Source of the DNA: Flavobacteriales bacterium
Lineage (GTDB): Bacteria > Bacteroidota > Bacteroidia > CAIKAF01
Assembly: GCA_044376575.1 (NCBI GenBank)
Contig: JBILKR010000006.1
Coordinates: 24,211 to 88,210, forward strand
Length of the DNA: 64,000 nucleotides
Direction: 5' to 3'
Positions 29,664-39,873 of the stretch are shown one piece after another. Positions within the stretch are counted from its first letter, which is position 1. Each line of letters opens with the position of its first letter. The position numbers were made by a program, and so were the translations under genes. The notes beneath the pieces are model-generated. The model did no database searches. It saw nothing but the letters and a program-made list of their open reading frames with translations, and was not told the DNA's origin.

Positions 29664-31478
29664 TTAATGAGCGTGTTCTTTTTCATTTGCAGCCAAAGGT
29701 TCTGTTTGAGGAATAAAGTCAGATTCTTTATCCGGCAAACTATAATCATAAGGCCAACGGTGAACTGCAGGAATTTCTCCAGGCCAGTTTCCGTGTAAAT
29801 GTTCAACAGGGGTTGTCCATTCTAATGTAGTTGACTGCCATGGATTTTGTGGTGCTTTAGGACCTTTCAGAGCACTGTAAATAAAGTTGAAAACAAATAC
29901 AAACTGAACCAATACTCCTACGATAGCAAAAATACTGATGATGGTATTCAAATCTGCAAAGCCATTAAACATTTCGAATGCCGTATAATTGTAATATCTT
30001 CTTGGTACGCCAGCAAGACCTAAGTAATGCATCGGGAAGAATACACCATACGCTGAAGTCAATGTTACCCAAAAGTGAATGTAACCCAGTTTATTATTCA
30101 TCATACGTCCAAACAATTTAGGATACCAGTGATAAACACCGGCAAATGTTCCGAACATCGATGCTACACCCATTACGATATGGAAGTGAGCCACTACGAA
30201 ATATGTATTGTGAAGGTTAACATCCAAAGCAGAGTCTGCCAAAATAATACCTGTTAAACCACCGGTAATAAATAGAGATACAACACCAATTGCAAACAAC
30301 ATACCCGGAGTAAATCGAATATTCCCTTTCCAAAGCGTAGTGATGTAATTGAACGCTTTAATTGCAGAAGGAATCGCAATTAATAATGTAGTAAATGTAA
30401 ACACAGAACCAAGGAATGGATTCATTCCCGTAATATACATGTGGTGACCCCATACAATGAATGACAAGAAAGCAATCGCTAACATAGAAGCAATCATTGC
30501 CCTGTACCCGAAAATTGGTTTTCTTGAATTTACTGCAATTACTTCAGAGGTAATACCCAAAGAAGGTACCAGAATAATATACACCTCCGGGTGACCTAAG
30601 AACCAGAATAAGTGCTGGAATAAAATCGGGCTTCCACCTGTTTGCTCTAAGGCTTGTCCGGAAATAAATATATCTGAAAGGTAAAAACTTGTTCCAAAGC
30701 TTCTGTCGAAGATCAATAATAATGCTGCTGCAAGAAGAACTGGGAATGAAAGTAAACCTAATATTGCTGTAATAAGGAAAGCCCATACTGTTAAAGGCAG
30801 TTTAGTCATCGACATGCCTTTAGTACGCAAATTAACTACTGTAGTAATATAATTTAATCCACCCGTTAATACAGAAACAATAAACATTGCAATACTTAAC
30901 AACCATAATGTCATTCCAAGACCAGATCCCTGAGAAGCCTGAGGCAATGCACTTAATGGAGGATATACAACCCATCCGCTGGCTGCAGGACCTGTTTCAA
31001 CAAACAAAGAAATAAGCATCAATGCACTTGATAAGAAAAAGAACCAGTAGGATAACATGTTCAAGAATGGAGACGCCATGTCGCGCGCACCAATTTGAAG
31101 TGGAATCAAAAGGTTACTGAATGTTCCGCTCAGCCCTGCAGTTAATACCATGAATACAAGGATTGTTCCGTGTATGGTTACTGCTGCCAAATAAAAATTT
31201 GGATCAAGGATACCATCTTTTGCCCATTTGCCTAAAAATGTTTCAAGGATAGGCATCGGTTGACCCGGCCATCCTAGCTGAATACGAAAGACCAAACTCA
31301 ATAATCCTCCAACCAATCCCATAAAAATTCCAGTAATCAGGAACTGCTTGGCAATCATTTTATGATCCATACTAAAGATGTACTTCGATATGAAGGACTC
31401 TTTATGATGATGTCCGTGATCATGATCGTGTGCGGTATGGCTGTGAACTTCCGTGTGTGTTGAATGAATTTCGCTCAT
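29664..31478 (-). CDS. ctaD: Cytochrome c oxidase subunit I (heme-copper oxidase, caa3/aa3-type).
   Basis: 12-TM protein carrying WFFGHPEVY and HHMY/GMNPF motifs. It has a His-rich N-terminal extension (HTEVHSHTAHDHDHGHHHKE). Confidence 0.88.
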   Translation of the reverse strand: MSEIHSTHTEVHSHTAHDHDHGHHHKESFISKYIFSMDHKMIAKQFLITGIFMGLVGGLLSLVFRIQLGWPGQPMPILETFLGKWAKDGILDPNFYLAAVTIHGTILVFMVLTAGLSGTFSNLLIPLQIGARDMASPFLNMLSYWFFFLSSALMLISLFVETGPAASGWVVYPPLSALPQASQGSGLGMTLWLLSIAMFIVSVLTGGLNYITTVVNLRTKGMSMTKLPLTVWAFLITAILGLLSFPVLLAAALLLIFDRSFGTSFYLSDIFISGQALEQTGGSPILFQHLFWFLGHPEVYIILVPSLGITSEVIAVNSRKPIFGYRAMIASMLAIAFLSFIVWGHHMYITGMNPFLGSVFTFTTLLIAIPSAIKAFNYITTLWKGNIRFTPGMLFAIGVVSLFITGGLTGIILADSALDVNLHNTYFVVAHFHIVMGVASMFGTFAGVYHWYPKLFGRMMNNKLGYIHFWVTLTSAYGVFFPMHYLGLAGVPRRYYNYTAFEMFNGFADLNTIISIFAIVGVLVQFVFVFNFIYSALKGPKAPQNPWQSTTLEWTTPVEHLHGNWPGEIPAVHRWPYDYSLPDKESDFIPQTEPLAANEKEHAH

Positions 31479-31498
31479 ACAGTTATATTTTATGAATA

Positions 31499-32740
31499 TT
31501 AAATATTTTTAGTTGATGTTGTATCTTTTACTGCTGTAGTATCTTTTACCTCTATTGCTGCTTCAGCAGATGGAGTTTCAGATGCTAACTGACTTTTGAT
31601 TGTTTTCTTATTCTTTAACCACTTGGTATAATCTTCTTCTGTTACAACAACTATTGGTAATTGCATATTATAGTGTGCAGAACCACAGATGTTGTTACAG
31701 TATAACAAATAATTAAAGTTTGGGTTTTTGAGTTTCGTTCTCATTTCAGCTGTAGTGATTGTCGGTGTAAATGTAAAACCTGTTTTTACACCAGGTACAC
31801 AATACATATGAACACGGAAGTGTGGCAAGTATGCACTGTGAATTACATCCTGACTACGCAAGTGAAGCTCCATCGTTTTATTTACAGGCATATAAATAGT
31901 ATCCTGAAAAACTATATCATCATACGCTGTTTGATATGGAGATTGAGCTGATTTATTTTTGAATTCAATCACTTGCTGAAGTTGTTTTTTTAATCTTTTG
32001 TATGCTTTATTCAAGTCATTCATTTCTTCTTCATTTGGAAAATCAGCCAACTCTTTTTCAAGTCTTGCTTTTTCTTCATTCAGTGCTTTCAATTGCTGTT
32101 CGATATGTTCAGCAGTAATCAGACCCAATGAATTTGTAGCAGAAATCATGGTAAAGTTAGCATCTCCCAGTTGTTTGTCTTCACCGGCAAAACGAACTGT
32201 CCAATCGAACTGACGAGCATATAATTCAAAAATAATTTTATCAGGATCTTCACTTTTTTTAGTAGATTGATTCCACACGATTAATCCTTTCAAAACCAAC
32301 ACAGCCATTACAATCGCAGGAATTATAGTCCATACCATTTCCAATGTATTGTTATGCGCATAGTGATATGCTTTACGATTCTTATTGTATCTGTATCGAT
32401 AAGCAAACCACATCAACAATGTTTGTGTAATAAAAAAGGCAAGAGAAATGATAATGAAATTTAACTCTAACAAATCATCAACTTCTTTTCCATGAAGAGA
32501 AGCTGCAGGAGGCAACATATAGTTGTAGTTATAATACTTGTTAAAGAAGTAAAAGAACATGCCAAATAATCCAACAAGCGATGCTAAAACCAACAGTGCA
32601 TTGGTATTGTTTTCCTTTTCAGAAATTTCATAAGGTTGCTTTCCTCTCAATATTGAAGCAAATTCAAAAACCTTAAGTAATCTGACTGCCGTATAGATTG
32701 TCAGAATGATAACAGCGAGGAGAAGAATATTCATCAACAT
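31499..32740 (-). CDS. coxB: Cytochrome c oxidase subunit II (CuA centre).
   Basis: Two N-terminal TM helices and the CuA motif HS...CNNICGSAHYNMQ. Confidence 0.85.
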   Translation of the reverse strand: MLMNILLLAVIILTIYTAVRLLKVFEFASILRGKQPYEISEKENNTNALLVLASLVGLFGMFFYFFNKYYNYNYMLPPAASLHGKEVDDLLELNFIIISLAFFITQTLLMWFAYRYRYNKNRKAYHYAHNNTLEMVWTIIPAIVMAVLVLKGLIVWNQSTKKSEDPDKIIFELYARQFDWTVRFAGEDKQLGDANFTMISATNSLGLITAEHIEQQLKALNEEKARLEKELADFPNEEEMNDLNKAYKRLKKQLQQVIEFKNKSAQSPYQTAYDDIVFQDTIYMPVNKTMELHLRSQDVIHSAYLPHFRVHMYCVPGVKTGFTFTPTITTAEMRTKLKNPNFNYLLYCNNICGSAHYNMQLPIVVVTEEDYTKWLKNKKTIKSQLASETPSAEAAIEVKDTTAVKDTTSTKNI

Positions 32741-32765
32741 AATGCCTTCGATTAGTTAGTTATTA

Positions 32766-33941
32766 TTAAATATGATGTTGTTTACTTTCATTTAAGAAGG
32801 GGTGATTCGCAGGAACCAGCGGCGCTTTACTTAATGCTGTAAACACCACATATAAGAAAAGACCAAGGAATCCCAAAACCATTCCAATTTCAGTGAAACC
32901 TATATTCCATTTATCTTTCACAGTTCCCGGCATAATAATCTGAAATAAATCCAGATAGTGTCCTACCAGTAATATTGCTCCCACTACAGATAGCAACCAA
33001 GGTGTTCTCTTCGCATCACGATGCATAAGAATAAGTAATGGAAACGCAAAATTGATCACAAGCATAGGAATAACGATGTATTTATAGTCTGTATCAAAAC
33101 GCTCAAGGAAATAGTTAATTTCTTCAGGAATATTTGAATACCAAATCAACATGTATTGAGAGAACCATAAATATGTCCAAAATACACTGAATGCAAACAT
33201 AAATTTTGCCAGATCATGAATATGGTTTTCATTCACCCAGTGCATTAATCCTTGTCTTTTTAAATGCAAAAGAATTAATAACATCATGATGATTCCACTC
33301 ACAAACAAACCAGCAAAAATATACCATCCAAAAAGTGTAGAAAACCAGTGAACATCGATAGACATTAACCAATCCCATGCAGACATAGAAGAAGTAACCC
33401 CAAAAAACACAAGGAAAATTGCACCAAACATTAATCCTTTATTATGATTTTTAAATCCGGGATTTGCATCTTCATTCAATGAAATTTTTCTGAACTGCAT
33501 TGCAAGGAAAATCCATCCCAGTAAATAAACTACTGTGCGGATTGCATAAAATGTATTGCTCAAATAAACCTTCTTTCCGCTATTCATGTAGATTTCATCC
33601 GTTGTCTGGAAATGATGATCCATCCAGTGCCATATATCATGAACACCTAAAATACCGGCAACAACTAATCCGAGCATCACAATTCCTCCAATAGGTAAAT
33701 ATGTACTCATTGCTTCTGGAATTCTTTTGAAACCTGAATGCCATCCAGCTTCTGCCACATAGCTTACAGCAATGAAAAAGGTTCCTGCCAATGCAATGGC
33801 CAGGAAGAAAAATCCATTCAGTAATAAGTTAGCCCAGATTCTTTCGGGTGTCATCACAAAACCGTAGGCAATCGCCGCAACACCTATTCCCATCAGGGCC
33901 AGTGTTAACATTTTTGTTTTTCCTGTGAATGTGTAATTCAT
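32766..33941 (-). CDS. actF: Alternative complex III subunit ActF (NrfD-like polytopic membrane protein).
   Basis: 391-aa polytopic membrane protein, placed last in the ACIII gene order and immediately upstream of coxII. Confidence 0.65.
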   Translation of the reverse strand: MNYTFTGKTKMLTLALMGIGVAAIAYGFVMTPERIWANLLLNGFFFLAIALAGTFFIAVSYVAEAGWHSGFKRIPEAMSTYLPIGGIVMLGLVVAGILGVHDIWHWMDHHFQTTDEIYMNSGKKVYLSNTFYAIRTVVYLLGWIFLAMQFRKISLNEDANPGFKNHNKGLMFGAIFLVFFGVTSSMSAWDWLMSIDVHWFSTLFGWYIFAGLFVSGIIMMLLILLHLKRQGLMHWVNENHIHDLAKFMFAFSVFWTYLWFSQYMLIWYSNIPEEINYFLERFDTDYKYIVIPMLVINFAFPLLILMHRDAKRTPWLLSVVGAILLVGHYLDLFQIIMPGTVKDKWNIGFTEIGMVLGFLGLFLYVVFTALSKAPLVPANHPFLNESKQHHI

Positions 33942-33971
33942 CTTATTCTTCTTTTCTGGTTGATATCCGAA

Positions 33972-34613
33972 TTATTTTATTTTAGTTGAATCTGCTGCAG
34001 CAGTTGCTGGTGCTCCTGATTGTTGTAAGGTTTGTACAAACTGAACAATTTGCCAGCGCTCATACGCTGAAAGTTGTGATGCGTAAGGCCCCATATTTCC
34101 TTTTCCAAATTGCATGGCATGGAATATTTGTCCTTCAGAAATATTTTTTAATTGATCTGAGTTATATGCCGGCGGCTGTAACCCATAGTTTTCTTTAGCC
34201 AATAAAACTTTAACGACTGACCCATCTCCTTTACCTTCTGCACCATGACATGCGATACAGTAAACATTATATAGTCTTTTCCCATTTTCCAAATGTGCTT
34301 CAGATTTTGCCAGCGGACTCTTTAAAAGTGCAATCGCTGAGTCTCTTCCCGCAGCGGTATTGGTGTATGGATAAGGAAAAGAATTCACCATTTTTTCGCG
34401 GTCAAATGAATGTGCAATAGTTCCTGTAACCGGATCCTGATTGGTTTTGCCATCTGCAAAAACCACACTGGCTTCTCCTGCCTTTGATGCAGGCGAATAA
34501 TACATGTCTGGCATGTATTGATATCCGGGACTGTTTTTATCTTTTACGCAAGAGGTCAGCATCACAGCAACTGCTGCAAAACCGAGTATTGTATGCTTAT
34601 TGATGTTTTTCAT
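33972..34613 (-). CDS. actE: Alternative complex III subunit ActE (monoheme c-type cytochrome lipoprotein).
   Basis: Lipoprotein signal (...MLTSC) and a single CIACHG heme motif. Confidence 0.75.
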   Translation of the reverse strand: MKNINKHTILGFAAVAVMLTSCVKDKNSPGYQYMPDMYYSPASKAGEASVVFADGKTNQDPVTGTIAHSFDREKMVNSFPYPYTNTAAGRDSAIALLKSPLAKSEAHLENGKRLYNVYCIACHGAEGKGDGSVVKVLLAKENYGLQPPAYNSDQLKNISEGQIFHAMQFGKGNMGPYASQLSAYERWQIVQFVQTLQQSGAPATAAADSTKIK

Positions 34614-34636
34614 TTTTAGAACAATATCAATTTTTA

Positions 34637-35182
34637 TTAATCTTTATATTTCAATTCAGATGAATTCACTTCATCAGCAGCCGTTTGACTGATGAAAGTT
34701 TTAATCTCAGTTTCAGATATTTTCTGATTATCATCCAATACGATTTCCATTACAAACTTATCATCTGTTGAACGCGGATCTGGATTCATCGCCTTTAATC
34801 CGGGAAACAATCTGGATCTGAATAAGTATGTAAAATTCATCAGGTGAGCTGCAATCAATACCGTAATTTCAAATGTAACCGGAATAAATGCGGGCAGATT
34901 CTGACTTAAAGAGAAACTTGGTTTACCTCCAATATTCATTGGCCAGTCCTGAATATTCATGTACCATATCATGAGTAACGCTAAAGAAGTACCCAATAAT
35001 CCATAGAAGAATGCCACCGTTGATATTCTTGTTGGTTTTACACCCAAGGCTTTATCAATCCCGTGAATTGGAAATGGAGAATATACTTCTCTGATTGTAA
35101 CTCCTTTTTCCATCAGATGCTTGGCTCCGGCTAACGTTTCGTCCGGATCATTGTAAACTGCCAATACTGTCTTTTTATTCAT
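34637..35182 (-). CDS. actD: Alternative complex III subunit ActD (small membrane subunit).
   Basis: 181 aa with two TM segments, located between actC and actE. Confidence 0.6.
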   Translation of the reverse strand: MNKKTVLAVYNDPDETLAGAKHLMEKGVTIREVYSPFPIHGIDKALGVKPTRISTVAFFYGLLGTSLALLMIWYMNIQDWPMNIGGKPSFSLSQNLPAFIPVTFEITVLIAAHLMNFTYLFRSRLFPGLKAMNPDPRSTDDKFVMEIVLDDNQKISETEIKTFISQTAADEVNSSELKYKD

Positions 35183-35213
35183 ATCAAAATGATGTTAGTC
35201 TGTTCTTTATTGA

Positions 35214-36623
35214 TTAATGATGGTGATCATCACCTGCTTTTTCATATAAATCTTCTGTCTTTTTCTTCCATCCATCGCCTGAAACCTTTAAAATAGATTT
35301 GGTTTCTGCAATTGCAATTACAGGGAATGATCTGGAGAATAATAAAAACAACGTAAAGAAAATTCCAAGTGTTCCTATAAAAATTCCGATATCTACATAC
35401 GTTGGATAGAACATCGTCCAAGAAGAAGGAAGATAATCGCGGTGCAATGATGTAACAATAATTACAAAACGCTCAAACCACATCCCTACGTTTACGACCA
35501 ATGATAACAAGAAAGTACCAACCAGGCTTCTGCGTATTCCTCTGAACCAGAAAAGCTGTGGACTGATTACGTTGCAGCTCATCATGATCCAGTATGCCCA
35601 TGCATAAGGACCGGTTGCTCTGTTCAGGAACGCATAGTGTTCGTATTGTACTCCTGAATACCAGGCAATCACTAACTCTGTAATATAAGCAACACCAACG
35701 ATAGACCCCGTAACCACGATAATTTTGTTCATGGATTCAAGGTGATTAATCGTAATATATTCTTCCAGATTCAATACTTTACGCATAATGATCAACAAGG
35801 TCGCAACCATTGCAAAACCTGAGAAGATTGCACCCGCAACGAAGTATGGAGGGAAAATTGTGGTGTGCCAGCCAGGAATTACTGAAGTTGCGAAGTCCAT
35901 AGATACGATAGTGTGAACTGAAAGTACCAGCGGAGTTGATAAACCGGCAAGTACCAACGATACCTCTTCAAAGCGCTGCCAGCTTTTTACATTTCCTGAC
36001 CATCCAAAACTTACCACATTGTATATTTTTTTCATGAATGGGATGATCTGACGATCACGAACAGTTGCAAAATCAGGAATCAAACCAATATACCAGAATC
36101 CTAAGGAAACAGAGAAATACGTTGAAATTGCAAATAAGTCCCAAAGAAGTGGAGAGTTGAAGTTTACCCACAAAGATCCGAATTGGTTAGGAACTGGGAA
36201 GAACCAATAAACAACCCACACACGACCTACGTGAATTCCGGGAAACGTTGCAGCACAAATTACCGCAAAGATGGTCATGGCTTCAGCAGAACGGTTAATC
36301 GCCATTCTCCATTTTTGACGGAACAATAATAAGATTGCTGAAATCAGTGTACCTGCGTGACCAATACCTACCCACCATACGAAGTTGGTAATATCCCACG
36401 CCCATCCTACCGTTTTATTAAGCCCCCAGGCTCCAACTCCTGTACCAAATGTATAGGCGATTAATCCTAATCCCCATAATGCACACATGGCAGAAATGGT
36501 AAACACGAGGTACCACAGCTTATTCGCTCGACCTTCAATCGGTTTGCAAATATCTTCCGTTATCTGATGATAGGATTTATTTCCTAAAATTAACGGTTCC
36601 CTTACTGGTGATTCTATATGCAT
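35214..36623 (-). CDS. actC: Alternative complex III subunit ActC (NrfD/PsrC-like quinol-binding membrane subunit).
   Basis: 469-aa polytopic membrane protein following actB. It has a His-rich C-terminus (DDHHH). Confidence 0.8.
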   Translation of the reverse strand: MHIESPVREPLILGNKSYHQITEDICKPIEGRANKLWYLVFTISAMCALWGLGLIAYTFGTGVGAWGLNKTVGWAWDITNFVWWVGIGHAGTLISAILLLFRQKWRMAINRSAEAMTIFAVICAATFPGIHVGRVWVVYWFFPVPNQFGSLWVNFNSPLLWDLFAISTYFSVSLGFWYIGLIPDFATVRDRQIIPFMKKIYNVVSFGWSGNVKSWQRFEEVSLVLAGLSTPLVLSVHTIVSMDFATSVIPGWHTTIFPPYFVAGAIFSGFAMVATLLIIMRKVLNLEEYITINHLESMNKIIVVTGSIVGVAYITELVIAWYSGVQYEHYAFLNRATGPYAWAYWIMMSCNVISPQLFWFRGIRRSLVGTFLLSLVVNVGMWFERFVIIVTSLHRDYLPSSWTMFYPTYVDIGIFIGTLGIFFTLFLLFSRSFPVIAIAETKSILKVSGDGWKKKTEDLYEKAGDDHHH

Positions 36624-36656
36624 ATCTTTCGACTTCTAATTCTTTAATAATTTATC

Positions 36657-39600
36657 TTAATGATGTGCTGATTCATTTGAATGACCTTCAGACGCATGGG
36701 TTTCAGCATGCGCATGATGACCGTATTCTTCCTCAACGTTACGCACTTTTGTTTGATAAATAACGTTTGGCTTTACACCCACTTCTTCAAGTAAATGATA
36801 AGCTCTTGGATCATTTTCCAACTTGGCAATCATTGCAGCCTCATCATTGTAATCTCCGAAAATAATTGCGTTAGTAGGACAGGCTTCGGCACAGGCAGTT
36901 TTAATTTCCTGATCTTTCACTAATCGATCCTGCTTCTTCGCTTCAAGTTTTCCGGCCTGAATACGCTGAACACACATTGAACATTTTTCCATTACCCCAC
37001 GAGCACGAACAGTAACATCAGGATTTAAAACCAGTTTACCCAATTCATCATTCATGTAATAATCAAACTTCTTATTTTCAGAATACTGGAACCAGTTAAA
37101 GCGACGAACTTTGTATGGACAGTTGTTTGCACAATAACGTGTACCGACACAACGATTGTAAGTCATCTGATTGAGACCTTCTGAACTGTGCGTAGTAGCC
37201 AATACCGGACAAACAGTTTCGCAAGGAGCATGGTTACAATGCTGGCACATTACCGGCTGGAACACAACTTTCGGACTGTTTGAAGGTATTTCTTTCTTTC
37301 TATAATTATCGTTACCTTTTTCATAACGGGTAGAAGGATCAGCGTCAGAAGTATAATATCTGTCGATACGCATCCAGTGCATATCTCTTGATCTTCTGAT
37401 TTCATCTTTGCCAACTACAGGTACGTTATTTTCTACATGACATGCTACAACACATGCACCACAACCATTACAACTATTCAAATCAATGGATAATCCCCAA
37501 CGGTGATTTACCATTTTGAAATCTTTCCAGTAATCAATTTTATCAATTGGTGCTTCGTGACCACCATTGGTCAATGACTGAACATTGGTATGCATCACCT
37601 TATCAGGATTTCCTGATTTCGGATCTTTACCAAATTCTTTCAGTGATGTTTCCTTAACAATATCACGACCCATCATGGTATGATGGGTTTGTGTTCCTGC
37701 CAACTGATGTTTCTTTCCTGCACTTTCAACGGATGCTCCGGTTACGATGGTAGAAAAATTATTTCCTGCAATCTGCAGCAATGGGAAAGCATTGGCTCCG
37801 ATGACTTCGTCATTTTTACCAAACTTTCTACCATAACCTATCGCAATACCAATAGTTCCGGGCGTTTGACCAGGTTGAGCCAGCACAGGCAATTCTAAAG
37901 TTTTACCGTTCACGGTTACTTTTGCCACATTTGCCCACTGGTTCTGACCCATTAATTTATTGAATCCAAACTCCTGTTTGTCCATATCGGCAGGAGACAT
38001 GGTAATATAATTATCCCAGGTTACACGACTGATTGGATCAGGCAATTCCTGTAGTATAGGATTTGCAGCCATCATACCGGTGCCCATTCCTACTTTTTCA
38101 TATAATGTAATTTCCCATCCTTTTGCATTGGATGCAGCGGCATTAATTGCCTGAGCAGACGCAGAAATATTTGCAGTTGAACCTGTCTCTGCAGTTGGTG
38201 TTACAGCGATACTGTAAACGCCATCATGCAAACTTGTATTCCAGAATTCATCAAACAATAATTTACCTGAAGAAGCAAACAAGGTATTTCTCCATGTATT
38301 TTTAATATATTCTCTGTAAGTACTGCTGTTCTTATCTGAACGTGATGCCTTGCCCGCCCATACCAACAAGCTTTCCTGTGCAGCTCTTGTATCGAACAAC
38401 GGATGAATGGTAGGTTGCTGCAAGCTGTATTGACCTGCAACCGGATTAAAATCATTCCATGATTCTAAATAATGATGATCAGGCATCAAATACTGAACAG
38501 TCGTCTCTTCCATTCTGTCTCCAAATGATACAGAGATAGCGGCAGAGGCTAGTGCTTTATTAAAATCAGTACCGTTAGGTAATGTATATGCAGGATTAAC
38601 ACCATATAGAATCACAGCGTTACCTGAAATGTTATTAAACATTTCAGCCATTGCACTATCATTACCATTAAACAAATTAACCGATTGATTAATATCAATC
38701 GTATTTCCGTAGCTACCTAATAATTTATTAATCTCATTTGTGATAGTTTGTGCATTCACGTCATTGATTCCGCAAACAACCAGTGCACTTCCTTTTTTAC
38801 TCCACAAATAATCTCCGCATTTTGCAATGTCTTCCGCAAACGGAACGGTTACTGAACCTGCAGATGGGGCATTCGCTAATTTTGCAATGTGATTATATAA
38901 TGCAACCAATGCTGTTCCGATTTGAGATGGCTTTAACATCACACGGTAATCAGCATTTGACCCTGCCAGCGACATGATAGATTCAAACTGATAATGGCGA
39001 GACATATTTGCATTTTCAGGACGGCGTGTTTCAGCATATTGCTTAGCATAAACACCACTCATCAACCAGCCATTCAGAAAATCGGCACCGAAAGAGGCAA
39101 TCGCGTTTGCTTTATGGAACTGATAAGAAGGAATTACTGATTTACCGAATGATGCCTGATTGGCAAGACGCACCGCCTGGTATGAAACAGCATCATACTG
39201 AACATGAATCACATTATTGTAAGTTGCGATAAAGTCATTAATTACAGCCTGAGTTGAAGGACTGATGATAGTATTAGTTACCAGATACGTTTTCTTTCCG
39301 GCAGCAGCTAATTCCTTTAACTTCGAAGAAATTTCCTCATCAGCTTGACTCCAGGCAACCGGAGCACCGGCTTTTAATGCTGATTTAGCACGTTTACTGT
39401 CATATAAAGAAAGAACAGATGCTTGTAAACGAGCATTTGAAGAACCTGCGGTAACGCCTGACAATTTATTCCCATCAACTTTAATCGGACGACCTTCACG
39501 GGTTTTTACCAATACTGAAAAATAATCTGAACCATCATAGTATGATGAAGCATAGTAATTGGGAACACCGGGAGTAATCGTTTCCGGTTTGATTACGTAA

Positions 39601-39833
39601 GGAATTGCTTTTTTAATAGGCGTTTCACAAGCAGCCAGCGTTGCAGCTGTTACACTGAATCCTAAAAATTTAAGGAAATCCCTTCGATTGGAATTAGAAA
39701 CAGATGTTTTTTCATCTGCCAAAAACTCCGTCATCGGAAGATCTTCTGCAAATTCATTCTCTCTGTTCTTAATGAACTGAGGATCGTTTTCCAGTTCTTC
39801 GTATCCTTTCCAGTATATTTTATTCTTACTCAT
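36657..39833 (-). CDS. actB: Alternative complex III subunit ActB (molybdopterin-oxidoreductase-like plus 4Fe-4S ferredoxin-domain subunit, Tat-exported).
   Basis: Tat signal RRDFLKFLGFSVTAATLAAC and multiple CxxCxxCxxxCP clusters in the C-terminal third. It has a His-rich C-terminal tail. Length 1058 aa. Confidence 0.85.
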   Translation of the reverse strand: MSKNKIYWKGYEELENDPQFIKNRENEFAEDLPMTEFLADEKTSVSNSNRRDFLKFLGFSVTAATLAACETPIKKAIPYVIKPETITPGVPNYYASSYYDGSDYFSVLVKTREGRPIKVDGNKLSGVTAGSSNARLQASVLSLYDSKRAKSALKAGAPVAWSQADEEISSKLKELAAAGKKTYLVTNTIISPSTQAVINDFIATYNNVIHVQYDAVSYQAVRLANQASFGKSVIPSYQFHKANAIASFGADFLNGWLMSGVYAKQYAETRRPENANMSRHYQFESIMSLAGSNADYRVMLKPSQIGTALVALYNHIAKLANAPSAGSVTVPFAEDIAKCGDYLWSKKGSALVVCGINDVNAQTITNEINKLLGSYGNTIDINQSVNLFNGNDSAMAEMFNNISGNAVILYGVNPAYTLPNGTDFNKALASAAISVSFGDRMEETTVQYLMPDHHYLESWNDFNPVAGQYSLQQPTIHPLFDTRAAQESLLVWAGKASRSDKNSSTYREYIKNTWRNTLFASSGKLLFDEFWNTSLHDGVYSIAVTPTAETGSTANISASAQAINAAASNAKGWEITLYEKVGMGTGMMAANPILQELPDPISRVTWDNYITMSPADMDKQEFGFNKLMGQNQWANVAKVTVNGKTLELPVLAQPGQTPGTIGIAIGYGRKFGKNDEVIGANAFPLLQIAGNNFSTIVTGASVESAGKKHQLAGTQTHHTMMGRDIVKETSLKEFGKDPKSGNPDKVMHTNVQSLTNGGHEAPIDKIDYWKDFKMVNHRWGLSIDLNSCNGCGACVVACHVENNVPVVGKDEIRRSRDMHWMRIDRYYTSDADPSTRYEKGNDNYRKKEIPSNSPKVVFQPVMCQHCNHAPCETVCPVLATTHSSEGLNQMTYNRCVGTRYCANNCPYKVRRFNWFQYSENKKFDYYMNDELGKLVLNPDVTVRARGVMEKCSMCVQRIQAGKLEAKKQDRLVKDQEIKTACAEACPTNAIIFGDYNDEAAMIAKLENDPRAYHLLEEVGVKPNVIYQTKVRNVEEEYGHHAHAETHASEGHSNESAHH

Positions 39834-39873
39834 AGGTTATTGAATCCGATTAGGAACTAATTAATATAATCTA

